From: a virus
IMG/VR virus record: IMGVR_UViG_3300032893_000012
Coordinates: 1-64,000 of that record
DNA length: 64,000 bases
Reading direction: 5' to 3' (one strand)
A model generated the notes under the pieces. It worked only from the letters and a program-made list of their open reading frames with translations, was not told the DNA's origin and ran no database searches. Of this stretch, positions 47,495-57,074 are shown piece after piece (position 1 is the stretch's first letter; each line of letters starts with the position of its first letter). A program made the translations under genes and the position numbers.

Positions 47495-48832
47495 TCAGCC
47501 AGCCTTCTGCACGAGCTGCGGCGCGTTCTGGCTGCAGTATGCCTTCCAGCCGCCGGGCATTTCCCAGCCCTTGATCTTGATACCGATCTTCAGGATGCCA
47601 CCCTTGAAGACCTCTCGGCAGACGTTGACCGACTGCTGGATCAGCACCGGCGTCGCGTCGAGCGTCTGCTCCAACATGACGTTGTTTGCGCCTGAAGCAA
47701 TGGCGCCTGCGGTCGGTACACCGTTGCCTGCCGCAGCCCCCACCTGTGTCGAACAGGAAAGATTCGTGTCCGGCGAGATGTTGACACCGAGAGGCTCGTT
47801 GTTGATCGTGACTGCCTGGAGCATGAGCGCCTGGTGCACGGCGTCCTGCACGACGAACAGCATGCCGATGGGGATACCGCGCTCGAGGAAGCACGGACTC
47901 TCGATCGGCCGGTACATCTGGCCACGGCAACCGTAGCCCTGCCACCGGAGACCGCCCCACGTAACCGGTGCGAGATCGAAGTCGCGCGTCGGGTGGAACA
48001 CGCCGACGTTGTTGGTCGCGCTCGTGCTGTTGACGCTGCCGACGCGCCTGAAATTCACCGGAAGGAAGATCGTCGCCGATCCCTTCGAGCGATAGAGCGC
48101 GTTGACCGCAGCCACGAATTCGATGATCGGCACCTCGCTCGTGCCGCTCGCTTCGGCGTCCGCGAAGGATCCGAAGTACGAGACGTCGGCCGCGAGCTCG
48201 TTCAGTACGAGCTCACGCTGCGAGGTCTTCCATTGGAACTGGTAGGCGTTGATGAAGTTCCAACCTGCACGCCACACGTCGGCACCGAACTCGAACACCG
48301 CCGGAGACGGCGGCGTATCGCTCGTCGGAGTCGCGCCGGCGAACTGTCCACCGAGTGCGCCGTTGAAGAGATCGTTGGCGGTGAACACGTCCGGTGAAGG
48401 AGGCGGAACCTGCGTCGTTGCCGGCGCCGCGAAAGCGTTGCCGATCGTCGAGAAGCTCATTGGTTCGCAGAAGGTGTGCACGCCGACTCCCTGAGCGAGG
48501 ATATCGGTTTGCAAGATCCCGTTGATGAGGAACGTCGAATCGATCGACGCCACTCCGGGCACGCTCGATGAACCGCTGAGCAGGTTCACCGTGTCTCCGA
48601 GAGTGGCGAGCGCCTCCTCGGCAGTGAGCGGCAGAGGGATCGTCCAGACCACCTCTTCGATGACGGGGATGTTGCCGAATGAGCAACGAAGGCACTTGTC
48701 CATCGCGGCTGCGGCGAGCGTGCCGTCGATCTTGTTGGGGTCGAGACCGAGTCCAAACTGCGGACGCGCCACTTTCGGCTGGTCTCCGCCGAAGGTCTTG
48801 ATGGTTCTGCCGATGATGCTTCTCGAGGACAT
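47495..48832 (-). CDS. major capsid protein candidate
   Basis: 445 aa from ATG 48832; strongly C/G-ending codons; beta-rich, ends LKIGIKIKGWE; no clear HK97 motif; the role is inferred. Confidence 0.5.
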   Translation of the reverse strand: MSSRSIIGRTIKTFGGDQPKVARPQFGLGLDPNKIDGTLAAAAMDKCLRCSFGNIPVIEEVVWTIPLPLTAEEALATLGDTVNLLSGSSSVPGVASIDSTFLINGILQTDILAQGVGVHTFCEPMSFSTIGNAFAAPATTQVPPPSPDVFTANDLFNGALGGQFAGATPTSDTPPSPAVFEFGADVWRAGWNFINAYQFQWKTSQRELVLNELAADVSYFGSFADAEASGTSEVPIIEFVAAVNALYRSKGSATIFLPVNFRRVGSVNSTSATNNVGVFHPTRDFDLAPVTWGGLRWQGYGCRGQMYRPIESPCFLERGIPIGMLFVVQDAVHQALMLQAVTINNEPLGVNISPDTNLSCSTQVGAAAGNGVPTAGAIASGANNVMLEQTLDATPVLIQQSVNVCREVFKGGILKIGIKIKGWEMPGGWKAYCSQNAPQLVQKAG

Positions 48833-48947
48833 GATTTTTCGAGCTCCTGTTTTGCTTCGCCGTTTCTCTGGGCCGACGCGAAGCGTCTCTGACACCTCAA
48901 CCCCGGGGCTCGAGGCCTACCGGGGCGAGGTGTTTCACTGAACGAGT

Positions 48948-50678
48948 TCAGGTGCCGGGCAGGTACGGCAGCTCCTCGCGACTTTCTCCGAGGAAAGCGG
49001 AGTGACCGGCGAGCGGATCGCCTACGCACCCGCACGACGGATCCGAATGCGGTCGCGCCTGTGGCCCGGGACCGACGTCTGAGGGCGGTCCTGGTTGCCA
49101 ATCCTGGCTCACGCCAGGTTGACCCGGATTACCGCGTCCGTACGGCGCTCCGGTCCCCATGGACTGCGCCACGGTCGGGTAGTCGCTTCCGGGACCACCG
49201 GTTCCCCACGTGTTTTGCACGGTGGGGTACTGGGAGTCCTGAATGCCGGTGGCGTTTCGCAGCGCCTGGCCAGCATCCGGGTAAGGCGACTCCGCGGCGA
49301 GCGCGAACGGACCCACGTCGGCTCCGGAGAGCACGCCAGCCACGGCAGTCACCTGCTTCTGCTGCATGTTCAGGGATGCCGCGACCTCCGCTGGATAGAG
49401 GCGCACGATGATGCTCTTCTGGAGCGACGGAGGACTCGTGTCCTTCGGTGTGAGCATCGGCATGAGGAAGTTGTTCCAGAACATCCGGAACAGATTCACT
49501 CCGGCGCCGAGCGCCAGACCATCCAATGCCGCTTTCCCTGTTCGATTGCGGACGGCATACGCCGAGAGCAACGCTGGCGCGGCAGCGACCCCGACTCCGG
49601 CGCCGATGCGCATGAGGTTGGGACGCATGGCCACGTTCAACGTGTTTGCGAGCGTGCCCGAACCATCGCTCGTAAACTTGTCGGTCGGCTTCGGATCTGT
49701 CGAGGACGGATTGTACGTAGCGAGCAAGCGATCGATGCCGTCCGCTAGAATGAAACCGACGCCGCTGGTGACAACCGCCACCGCGAAATCAGCAACACCC
49801 ATTCCGCTTCCGCCTCCGCTAGATGCGTGCATACGCCGACTGTGACGCCGACGAGAATGACGACGACGAGGCGATTCCATCACGTGCGCTCGGCGCCGGC
49901 TGTGGCGCCTGCGACGACGACGCGGAGCTTCGCTCACCACCGCTTCTCGAGTGGTTCGCCTACGCGCGTGCCGGCGCGTCTTCTTGCGACGCCAACCCTT
50001 CTTGGCTGCCTTCCGGTGACCGGAGGGGTTACCGCGCCACGCCTGCACGTTGCTATGCACGCGACGCCGATGCCGGCGACGTCGCCACTTCTGCTGCGGC
50101 GTGAGCACGCGCTTGCGCGTTCGACGACTTGCGCGGGCCTGTGTCTTGCGCGCTCGGCGACGACGCCTCCGCTTGGGGGCTGCCACCGATGTAGCTGCAC
50201 GAACGCGCCGGCGACGCGCGCGCTTGGGCGCACTCTTCTTCTTGCTAGAGCGACGACGACGACGGGGTGAGGATACTTTCGCAGTTCTGGCCATGCTTTC
50301 CTCTCGAGCGACTACGGCGCGGATGCCTTTGCCGAACGGGACGGTCCGTTTGACTTTGGACCCTTTCGGATCGAATTGACGGATGCGGATGTACTGGTCG
50401 GTGACGTCCACCTTCCCGTACCGGTAGCCGTGAGACCTAGCCCACGCTTTCGCCTTGCTCTCGGTCCACCCGGCGCTGCGATGAAACAGCAACGATTGGA
50501 CAGACATCGATTTCGACTCGTGCGGCGCAACGGCGTCCGTACGCGGGTATGCGATCGGAGATGGCCTGTTTCGCGCGACATCACTACGGCGTGATTCGCT
50601 GAGATCGGCCAGTCGATCGTCGTAAAGACCCATGTCACGATGCACTGACAGGCTCTCAGCGCAACCTATTACGGTCAA
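48948..50678 (-). CDS. Arg-rich protamine-like protein with membrane segments
   Basis: VQSLLF..WTESKAKAW..HG..IRIRQFDP domain, about 155-aa poly-Arg region (49820-50294), hydrophobic helices, Pro/Gly tail; start uncertain (50678, 50633 or 50507). Confidence 0.8.
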   Translation of the reverse strand: MTVIGCAESLSVHRDMGLYDDRLADLSESRRSDVARNRPSPIAYPRTDAVAPHESKSMSVQSLLFHRSAGWTESKAKAWARSHGYRYGKVDVTDQYIRIRQFDPKGSKVKRTVPFGKGIRAVVAREESMARTAKVSSPRRRRRSSKKKSAPKRARRRRVRAATSVAAPKRRRRRRARKTQARASRRTRKRVLTPQQKWRRRRHRRRVHSNVQAWRGNPSGHRKAAKKGWRRKKTRRHARRRTTREAVVSEAPRRRRRRHSRRRAHVMESPRRRHSRRRHSRRMHASSGGGSGMGVADFAVAVVTSGVGFILADGIDRLLATYNPSSTDPKPTDKFTSDGSGTLANTLNVAMRPNLMRIGAGVGVAAAPALLSAYAVRNRTGKAALDGLALGAGVNLFRMFWNNFLMPMLTPKDTSPPSLQKSIIVRLYPAEVAASLNMQQKQVTAVAGVLSGADVGPFALAAESPYPDAGQALRNATGIQDSQYPTVQNTWGTGGPGSDYPTVAQSMGTGAPYGRGNPGQPGVSQDWQPGPPSDVGPGPQARPHSDPSCGCVGDPLAGHSAFLGESREELPYLPGT

Positions 50679-50897
50679 TACGATGGCAAATAACGAGACG
50701 AATCACGCGCGCGTTGCCATCACGCGAATGCGCGTCAACACCCCGACTCAGCACATGTCTAAAAATTTAGTATTCACGCGATGTTACGCATGAACACCCT
50801 CGTGACAATTCGACGCCAAATACCACTACGACATCGGCGTAACTCGAGCACCGTTTCTGTTCAACGAACGTTAAACAATCGTCAAACGATCGTTTGA

Positions 50898-52529
50898 TTA
50901 TCGGATGTTCGGGTAGAGCAGATCGAGCAAAGTTGTGCGTTTACGGTGCACGCCGCCGAGCGAGCCTTCGCTCATACCAACGAAGTCTCCCGCACCGATC
51001 TCTTTTGCGGTCTTCCCTGGTTCGACCCACCACTCTTTTGCGTTGGGAGAGACGTGTCCGACGGGATAGTTCGTCGTTCCGTCCATTCTCACCCAATCTC
51101 CGAGGTCATCTTCGAACGCCATGAATACGTGTGTCGGTACTTCATACGGCGCACGGTGACTGCTTCCGATGATCATGGCGTCGATACCGATCGACATCAC
51201 CGCTGCGGCGAGCGTGATAGCCGCTTCGTCACAGTTGCTTACGGTTACGTCGTGCTCTGGGAGGTAGACGTAGTGATCGTCGGTAGAAATATCCCAGCAA
51301 GGGACTTTTCTGACGGATCGATCTATCGATCGAACCGACAGTGTGAGTGATCCTTTCTCCCGTTGACCGACACGCCACAGAGGATGCTTTCCAGCTCCGC
51401 CATGTTGCTCTGGAGTGAGCATTTTAACGCTTGTCATCTTGCCGAACATACGATGCAGTACGCGCACCTGAAGCATGAGTTGTCTGCTAGTCGTCGAATA
51501 CGTACGCGTGGCGGCGCCGGTGTTCTTCGTGCTATCGGCCATCAATCCGCGCAAGGCCGCAGCGGCGCTAGCCTCTTCGAGATTAATCGTTTCCAGATGT
51601 TTAAATCTCGCTCGAGATCCTAGTCCGGCTATCCGTGAAGCCCATTCTCTATCTTTGATCTCGATGTATTTCGCGTGCCAGAGAGTCTCGATCCCGAGGC
51701 GTTCGCAGATGGCCTTGACCTCATGCTTCTGTTCTTCTTTGCGTTTGCCGTCGCGACCGCCAATGCGAAATTTCAGATGCGGCAGATTTTTGTTTTTGCT
51801 CGCTTCCACCCATCCGTCTGCGAGCGTCAGAGCTTCGACGTACATGCGATCCGGATCAACTCGCATCGATCCGAAAACGATACGTTCTGGTTGGAGAAGT
51901 GCGTCTCCCTCCGACAGATCAGTCACGCGGACACGCTCAAATGCGTTGCAATCTTTTTGGTAGCAGGCTCCGTGTGCTGACCGACCGTGCGGACACCTGC
52001 CGACATATACCTTGTGATCGCCGGTCAAATGCATCGTCGAGCCGTTGCTCATCTCGATAGCATCGACCGAAAGCGCTCCTTTTGCCCATTTTTGCGTAAC
52101 TTCGCTCCACTTGTCCTTGCCCCAGATACGATCGCCGATATTGATCTTTTCGATCGGAATGAATTCAAAATCGTCGCGTAGGAGCAGCGTTCCTTCCGGG
52201 AAGCAATCGCCGCCGATGATGCAAAGCCCTCCCTCGTCGAGACAGAGAAGCTGGTTCGGTGTCGCCATAAATTCTCCCATGACTGGGTCAGCGACGTACG
52301 GAACCTTCTTTCTGAAGGCATCGAGAATACACTGCGCCTTTTGACGTTTCCCGCCACGTGACACGCCTTTTTTGTCGAGCTGTTGGAGCACCCAGGCGCG
52401 CAATCTCGGACTCATTCGTGCGGACCATGCGCGGTCGGCCACCTCTTGCAAGGATTTCTTCGCTCCCTTAGCGCCAGCAGGGTGCGGTCCAGCATCTGTC
52501 TTCACTCCATTTATAGGCTTGTCGATCAT
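50898..52529 (-). CDS. transglutaminase-like cysteine protease interrupted by an intein
   Basis: spliced product reads YVADP...GGD|CDEAA...THVF...WVRMDGT (Cys-His-Asp triad). Confidence 0.85.
   Translation of the reverse strand: MIDKPINGVKTDAGPHPAGAKGAKKSLQEVADRAWSARMSPRLRAWVLQQLDKKGVSRGGKRQKAQCILDAFRKKVPYVADPVMGEFMATPNQLLCLDEGGLCIIGGDCFPEGTLLLRDDFEFIPIEKINIGDRIWGKDKWSEVTQKWAKGALSVDAIEMSNGSTMHLTGDHKVYVGRCPHGRSAHGACYQKDCNAFERVRVTDLSEGDALLQPERIVFGSMRVDPDRMYVEALTLADGWVEASKNKNLPHLKFRIGGRDGKRKEEQKHEVKAICERLGIETLWHAKYIEIKDREWASRIAGLGSRARFKHLETINLEEASAAAALRGLMADSTKNTGAATRTYSTTSRQLMLQVRVLHRMFGKMTSVKMLTPEQHGGAGKHPLWRVGQREKGSLTLSVRSIDRSVRKVPCWDISTDDHYVYLPEHDVTVSNCDEAAITLAAAVMSIGIDAMIIGSSHRAPYEVPTHVFMAFEDDLGDWVRMDGTTNYPVGHVSPNAKEWWVEPGKTAKEIGAGDFVGMSEGSLGGVHRKRTTLLDLLYPNIR
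51234..52205 (-). mobile_element. intein (324 aa) with degenerate LAGLIDADG-like endonuclease region
   Basis: CFPEGTLL block A, LTGDHKV block B, CWDIST..HYV block F, ends VTVSN/C; LTLADGW and LRGLMADS motifs. Confidence 0.9.
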
Positions 52530-53578
52530 CGGCGATTACGCTTTCGGTTTGTCAGATAGATCGCACTTCCTACGACTCCTGCCCCGAGGAGTCCGATTCC
52601 CGCCATCGCTCCGACGCTGAGTCCAGATGATGCAGTCGCTACAGGTGCAGCAGGCGTGATAGGCGCAACAGGTGATACGGTTACATGCGGTGCGCACGCA
52701 GTCGGAGCGCTCCCTAGCGCCTGCGCTAGAGCGCTCGCTGTCGCTTGCTCGTAGTTGCTCGTGTTGATCGGAACTGGGTTAGCGCCGGACGAATTCCAAG
52801 CCGTTTTGAAGGCGTGAACCGCTGCGTTGACGCTGCTTCCGGGGTGCGTCACCGACGTGCAGTAACTCGGATCGGCGACAATGGCGGCTACTGCGGCTCG
52901 TGCGGCATCGGCTACTGAGGTAGGCGGCGCCGGGACATCGCCGTAAAACGCTTGCAGCGCTAGCCTAGCCGATGACATCGCATCCGAGAGATCGTGTAAG
53001 ACGTCCGAACGAACCTGAAAGGAATCGTTGCTATTTCCGGCAACGATTGCAGCACTAAGCGCCGGAAGTCGAGCGCGCGCTTTACTGGTGCTCTTACGTA
53101 CGTCTTGCGCGTACGGGATTGCGTACACCGCAGGGGACCCACTGCCGACGATTTCCGAGACCGATGCATCCACAACATTGGCAGCATTTTCAGCGGCGTC
53201 GCCGAATCCTTGATCTCCCATCGCAGCAAGCGCACTGACCTTCGCATTCGCCGCATCGAGCGCGGCGTAGTCGGCGAGCACTCCAGCGGCCGCATCACCG
53301 AGAGACGATGGCGTGACGCCATCCATATGAGGAAGCGCAGCGAAGTACGCCCGGGGACGCGTATCCAGTTCGCCAGAGAACCACTTCTCCGGTAAGTTGA
53401 GAACCTCGCCCTCGCGTAGATCTTTGAACGTAACGAAACCGTTCGGAAGACGCTTTGCCGCCTTGTGAGGGTTGGCGCGCACGATGTCAATTGCGCATTT
53501 TGGGCAGCCAGCCATGTCCGGCCGACTGGCGATACTAGCCGGGCTATCTCCAGCCTGAACGACGTAAGTCCGCGTCAC
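52526..53578 (-). CDS. LysM-like protein with C-terminal TM anchor (paralog of 43440-44798)
   Basis: YVVQAGDSPASIA..ANPHK; shared ADP.YC.SV..G..VN.AVH.FK.AWN..VPINT..YE domain. Confidence 0.8.
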   Translation of the reverse strand: MTRTYVVQAGDSPASIASRPDMAGCPKCAIDIVRANPHKAAKRLPNGFVTFKDLREGEVLNLPEKWFSGELDTRPRAYFAALPHMDGVTPSSLGDAAAGVLADYAALDAANAKVSALAAMGDQGFGDAAENAANVVDASVSEIVGSGSPAVYAIPYAQDVRKSTSKARARLPALSAAIVAGNSNDSFQVRSDVLHDLSDAMSSARLALQAFYGDVPAPPTSVADAARAAVAAIVADPSYCTSVTHPGSSVNAAVHAFKTAWNSSGANPVPINTSNYEQATASALAQALGSAPTACAPHVTVSPVAPITPAAPVATASSGLSVGAMAGIGLLGAGVVGSAIYLTNRKRNRR

Positions 53579-53631
53579 GCCTCAAAGACTACGCGCTAGT
53601 CATGAGGGTCGTCCAGCAGCAGCTGGAATCT

Positions 53632-53823
53632 TTAGGCGTATTCGCGCTCTGGCTGGTGTACGACAGGGCTTCCGTTACCGTCCGCGAGCCGGATTCCTTC
53701 ATTTTCGACTGCCATCCGTACGAGCGGACTCTTGAGGAGTTCGAGTAACTTGATCGCTTGTTCAAGCCCCTGATGGTCGTTCGCCGCTTCGATCGCAACG
53801 CTCATTGTGACGCGGTATCTCAC
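53632..53823 (-). CDS. hypothetical protein
   Basis: GTGA overlap. Confidence 0.5.
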   Translation of the reverse strand: MRYRVTMSVAIEAANDHQGLEQAIKLLELLKSPLVRMAVENEGIRLADGNGSPVVHQPEREYA

Positions 53824-54095
53824 GCAGAGAACCCCGCATCAGGCTGCGGCTCAGGCGGCTGTGGAGCGTTTTCCTGCGGAGGCGTGTCAGAAGTAATCGG
53901 AGGAGCGCTAGGCGGCGTCGAACCCACAACAGCAGCAGCGAATATTTCTCCAGCTATCCGAAAAAGATTCGGATCGATTCCACGCAAGTGTCTCAAAGTG
54001 TCGTGGATAGCGTTCAGTGTCCAACGCCGCCCTACGTCTTCGGCATACTTGAGCACTTCATCGTCAGTGAGTTCAACTTGAATAGAAAAACGCAT
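53820..54095 (-). CDS. hypothetical protein
   Basis: TAATG overlap, start MRFSIQ. Confidence 0.55.
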   Translation of the reverse strand: MRFSIQVELTDDEVLKYAEDVGRRWTLNAIHDTLRHLRGIDPNLFRIAGEIFAAAVVGSTPPSAPPITSDTPPQENAPQPPEPQPDAGFSA

Positions 54096-55777
54096 TAGGA
54101 GTTTCCTTGTCCAGAAATATTCGGTGGTGCCCACGTCTGTCGCGATGCAGGTGAAGGCGAAATAGGCGGCGGTAGATTCGCTGGCGGAGGAGGAAGCGGC
54201 GCTGCGGTCGGGGGCAATTGATGCGGATCCACCGCTGCCGCAACGAATCCTGGCGGTGGTTGGTAGTCTGGCGGCACCTCTAAGTAGCCTGGCGGCAACA
54301 CGCGCTTCTGTTCTGGAGCTCGATTTTGACTCTTCTGGATCGCCTCGCGTTGTTCACCGAGCCACTTGAGAAAGCTTCCCAGGTTCGCCGCTGCAGATTC
54401 GCCCCAGCGCATAGTGCCATCCGCTTTGCTGTACGCGATCTTGCCGTTGCCAGTATCGAGAATTTTGATCGGACTGTCGTCTTCTTCGGTCGCTACCGGT
54501 TCCGGCGCTTCTCGCTCTTCGTCCGTCCCTAGAATACTTCCAAATTCTTTCGCGGTAGCTACAGCCGTGCGTACCAATGTCAGCGATTCTTTGAGATGCT
54601 CCGCCGCAGTTTGCTGGCGCGGTGGCTGCTCACTGCTGTATCGCGGTGGCGGTGGCGGCGCCTGACCTGGATCTCCTTGCGGGTAATACTGACGCTGAGG
54701 CCCCATGCGCGCGCCCGATCCGGGCCCCATGTTCGGAACGAACAGCGACGCTAGTCGGTCGATCGGTACGAAACCGAGCGGCGTCCACACCGTGCCCTGA
54801 GGAGCAGGTATCGGGGGCGCACCCATCATTCCTGGAACGAAGCTTGGTACCGCTGGCGGCGTCGGCGGCGCTCCCTGCGTTACCTGTTGCGGCTGCATGG
54901 ACTGCGCGAGAGTGAGCATCCGCTGGAACCATTCCATCATCGTCGGCATGTCCGCCCCCGGTGGGGGCATTGGCGGCGGCGGCGGAGGAGGCGGCGGCGC
55001 TTGCGGCGGAGGCTGCATGCTCTGAACTATTTGCTGCATCCGCTGAAACCACTCGAACATCGTACCCATGTCGGGTCCAGCCGGCGCCTGAACAACGACT
55101 GGTACTTGCGGCGGCTGCGGCGACGGAGCTGTCGCAGCTGCGGGCGGATACGCTGGTTGCGGCTGCGGGGGCGAGTAACCAGGTTGAGCTGGATAACCGG
55201 GCAGCGGATACTGTGGTGGATAGCCGGGCGGATATGGATATGACATCGGCTGTCCTTGCTGCGGTCGAGTATCCGGCAATGTGATCTTACCGTTACCGCG
55301 AAACTGCTTGCTATTGGTGTCGAGGATTTTGACCTCGTAGTCGGCCTCACCGTGCTGGCCGTGAATGATCTTGAGCGCGTCGTAGAGTTCCGCCGCGGAT
55401 CTTGGACGACTGATGATTACTTGCTGGACCGGAGTTCCAGTAAGCCGTCTAACGTGTATGTCGAGTGTGTTTGCTGGCCAATACCGAAGAAGCGTCTCGT
55501 ACGTGGTGAGCAGATCACCGGTGTTGAACGAGACCTTGCTCTGGTTCGAGCGCTTCTTGTCGACGATAGCGTCGAGGCGACGGTTTTCACGTACGCTTTC
55601 GGCGTCGACGGCGCCTATCGCGCGAACGGCATCTTCGGATGCTACGAGTTCGCCAGTGTCCTCGTCACGTTCAGCCCCAACCTCGGCCAGGACGTCGGCC
55701 TCGTCCTCCTGCGCAGGTGTATTCGAGGCTGTATGCGCAGGAGGCGATTCACTGCGAATTCGTCTACGTGTTCCCAT
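54095..55777 (-). CDS. Pro/Gln-rich large hypothetical protein
   Basis: 560 aa; duplicated DM.TM.EWFQRM..QSMQ motif. Confidence 0.75.
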   Translation of the reverse strand: MGTRRRIRSESPPAHTASNTPAQEDEADVLAEVGAERDEDTGELVASEDAVRAIGAVDAESVRENRRLDAIVDKKRSNQSKVSFNTGDLLTTYETLLRYWPANTLDIHVRRLTGTPVQQVIISRPRSAAELYDALKIIHGQHGEADYEVKILDTNSKQFRGNGKITLPDTRPQQGQPMSYPYPPGYPPQYPLPGYPAQPGYSPPQPQPAYPPAAATAPSPQPPQVPVVVQAPAGPDMGTMFEWFQRMQQIVQSMQPPPQAPPPPPPPPPMPPPGADMPTMMEWFQRMLTLAQSMQPQQVTQGAPPTPPAVPSFVPGMMGAPPIPAPQGTVWTPLGFVPIDRLASLFVPNMGPGSGARMGPQRQYYPQGDPGQAPPPPPRYSSEQPPRQQTAAEHLKESLTLVRTAVATAKEFGSILGTDEEREAPEPVATEEDDSPIKILDTGNGKIAYSKADGTMRWGESAAANLGSFLKWLGEQREAIQKSQNRAPEQKRVLPPGYLEVPPDYQPPPGFVAAAVDPHQLPPTAAPLPPPPANLPPPISPSPASRQTWAPPNISGQGNS

Positions 55778-55780
55778 CGT

Positions 55781-56170
55781 TCAAACTTGCGCCTGTCCGC
55801 CCGTCGTCTGCTGCGGTTCTTCCTCTTCTGGTTCGGTTCCGTCAGATTCGGCTGCCTCGAGTTCGTCAGCGAAGACCTCGAGAGGCATCGCCTCTTGTAC
55901 GAATCGAATTCGACCCATTGGAACGAAGTCGCGCATACCTACTGCGTCACCACCTTCAACCGCATCCAAATACGAGAAAATCTCGATTCCTCCGCCCGCA
56001 TCTGTTCCAATGAACATACGTACGACTTTCGCGCCTGGCACGTGCGGATGCTCGCTACCCACCGCCCATCGTGTGGTCTCAGGCTGCCCCGATACGGGAG
56101 CTAGATTGTCACTGATCACGAGTGTGACCATTGGATAGGTCGGAGGCGGAAGCTTAAAAACTGTCGTCAC
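55781..56170 (-). CDS. hypothetical protein
   Basis: GGAGG RBS, GTGA overlap. Confidence 0.6.
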   Translation of the reverse strand: MTTVFKLPPPTYPMVTLVISDNLAPVSGQPETTRWAVGSEHPHVPGAKVVRMFIGTDAGGGIEIFSYLDAVEGGDAVGMRDFVPMGRIRFVQEAMPLEVFADELEAAESDGTEPEEEEPQQTTGGQAQV

Positions 56171-56769
56171 AGCGCGTTATCCTCCAAGAATGAGTAGTAG
56201 CTCCGCCTACGAGCGTCGCCGGCGACGATAATGTGGTCGAGGAACTTGATGTCAATGGTTTCGAACGCATCAACGAAGGCGTCTGTCGTTTCGATGTCCG
56301 CCTCGCTCGGTTCGGCTTCGATGCCCGACGGGTGTACGTGGAAGATGATCACCGCGTGCGCCCCGTCCGCTACGGCGGCTTGAAGAGTCGGTAGGATGGG
56401 TGCCATCACGCTGGACGGCTCCCCACGTCCGGTCTCAGCAAGACCCTTGAATCGTAAATGCAGATCAAGCGTCACGACTCCGAAAACCTCATTGACCTCG
56501 TCTTCGATGGCCTCACCGATGAGATGGAAGGCCTTTTCCGGTTCGTCGAGCGGTCCGATCTGATCTGAGAGCGCGTTACACGCCGCGAACCTGTCAGCGT
56601 CCTTCTGAATCGTCAAAAACGGACGGCACCGCGCGCCGCGCTTGCCATCGATGATGAGCGGTTCTACTTCGCGCGGTCGTCGCGGGGCCACCCGATCCCG
56701 TACAATACCGCGGATGGCATGTTCCGAGACTCCGTGCATGCGAGTAAGCGGCCTGCACGCGCAAGTCAC
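56167..56769 (-). CDS. RadC-like JAB-domain protein
   Basis: EVFGVVTLD...IIFHVHPSG..PSEADIETT...FLDHIIV. Confidence 0.88.
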   Translation of the reverse strand: MTCACRPLTRMHGVSEHAIRGIVRDRVAPRRPREVEPLIIDGKRGARCRPFLTIQKDADRFAACNALSDQIGPLDEPEKAFHLIGEAIEDEVNEVFGVVTLDLHLRFKGLAETGRGEPSSVMAPILPTLQAAVADGAHAVIIFHVHPSGIEAEPSEADIETTDAFVDAFETIDIKFLDHIIVAGDARRRSYYSFLEDNAL

Positions 56770-57074
56770 GCTACAGCCGCCTGTATTGATGCGCCTTTCA
56801 GATCGACAAATTCATCTAGCGATACGCCGCGCACGCGGCAGATCGCTTCGTCGATCTTGAAAGTGACGCAATGCCTCTTGAAGGTCATGTCGTACACTTT
56901 TTGTGCCACGACGATGTCTCCCGGCTTGTATCCTGCAGCCTCTGCCGCTGGACCAACCTCGTCGAGCAGGAAACAGCGCGTGACACCTTTCGCGTGATCA
57001 AGCACCAGTTCACTGGTCGGTTTCGGCACAAGAGCGCGTCCGATGACCCAATCGTTAACAGGTTCGAGCTTCAC
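56766..57074 (-). CDS. GroES/Cpn10-like co-chaperonin
   Basis: MKLEPVNDWVI...ELVL...EVGP...YKPGDIVV...DEAICRV. Confidence 0.6.
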   Translation of the reverse strand: MKLEPVNDWVIGRALVPKPTSELVLDHAKGVTRCFLLDEVGPAAEAAGYKPGDIVVAQKVYDMTFKRHCVTFKIDEAICRVRGVSLDEFVDLKGASIQAAVA

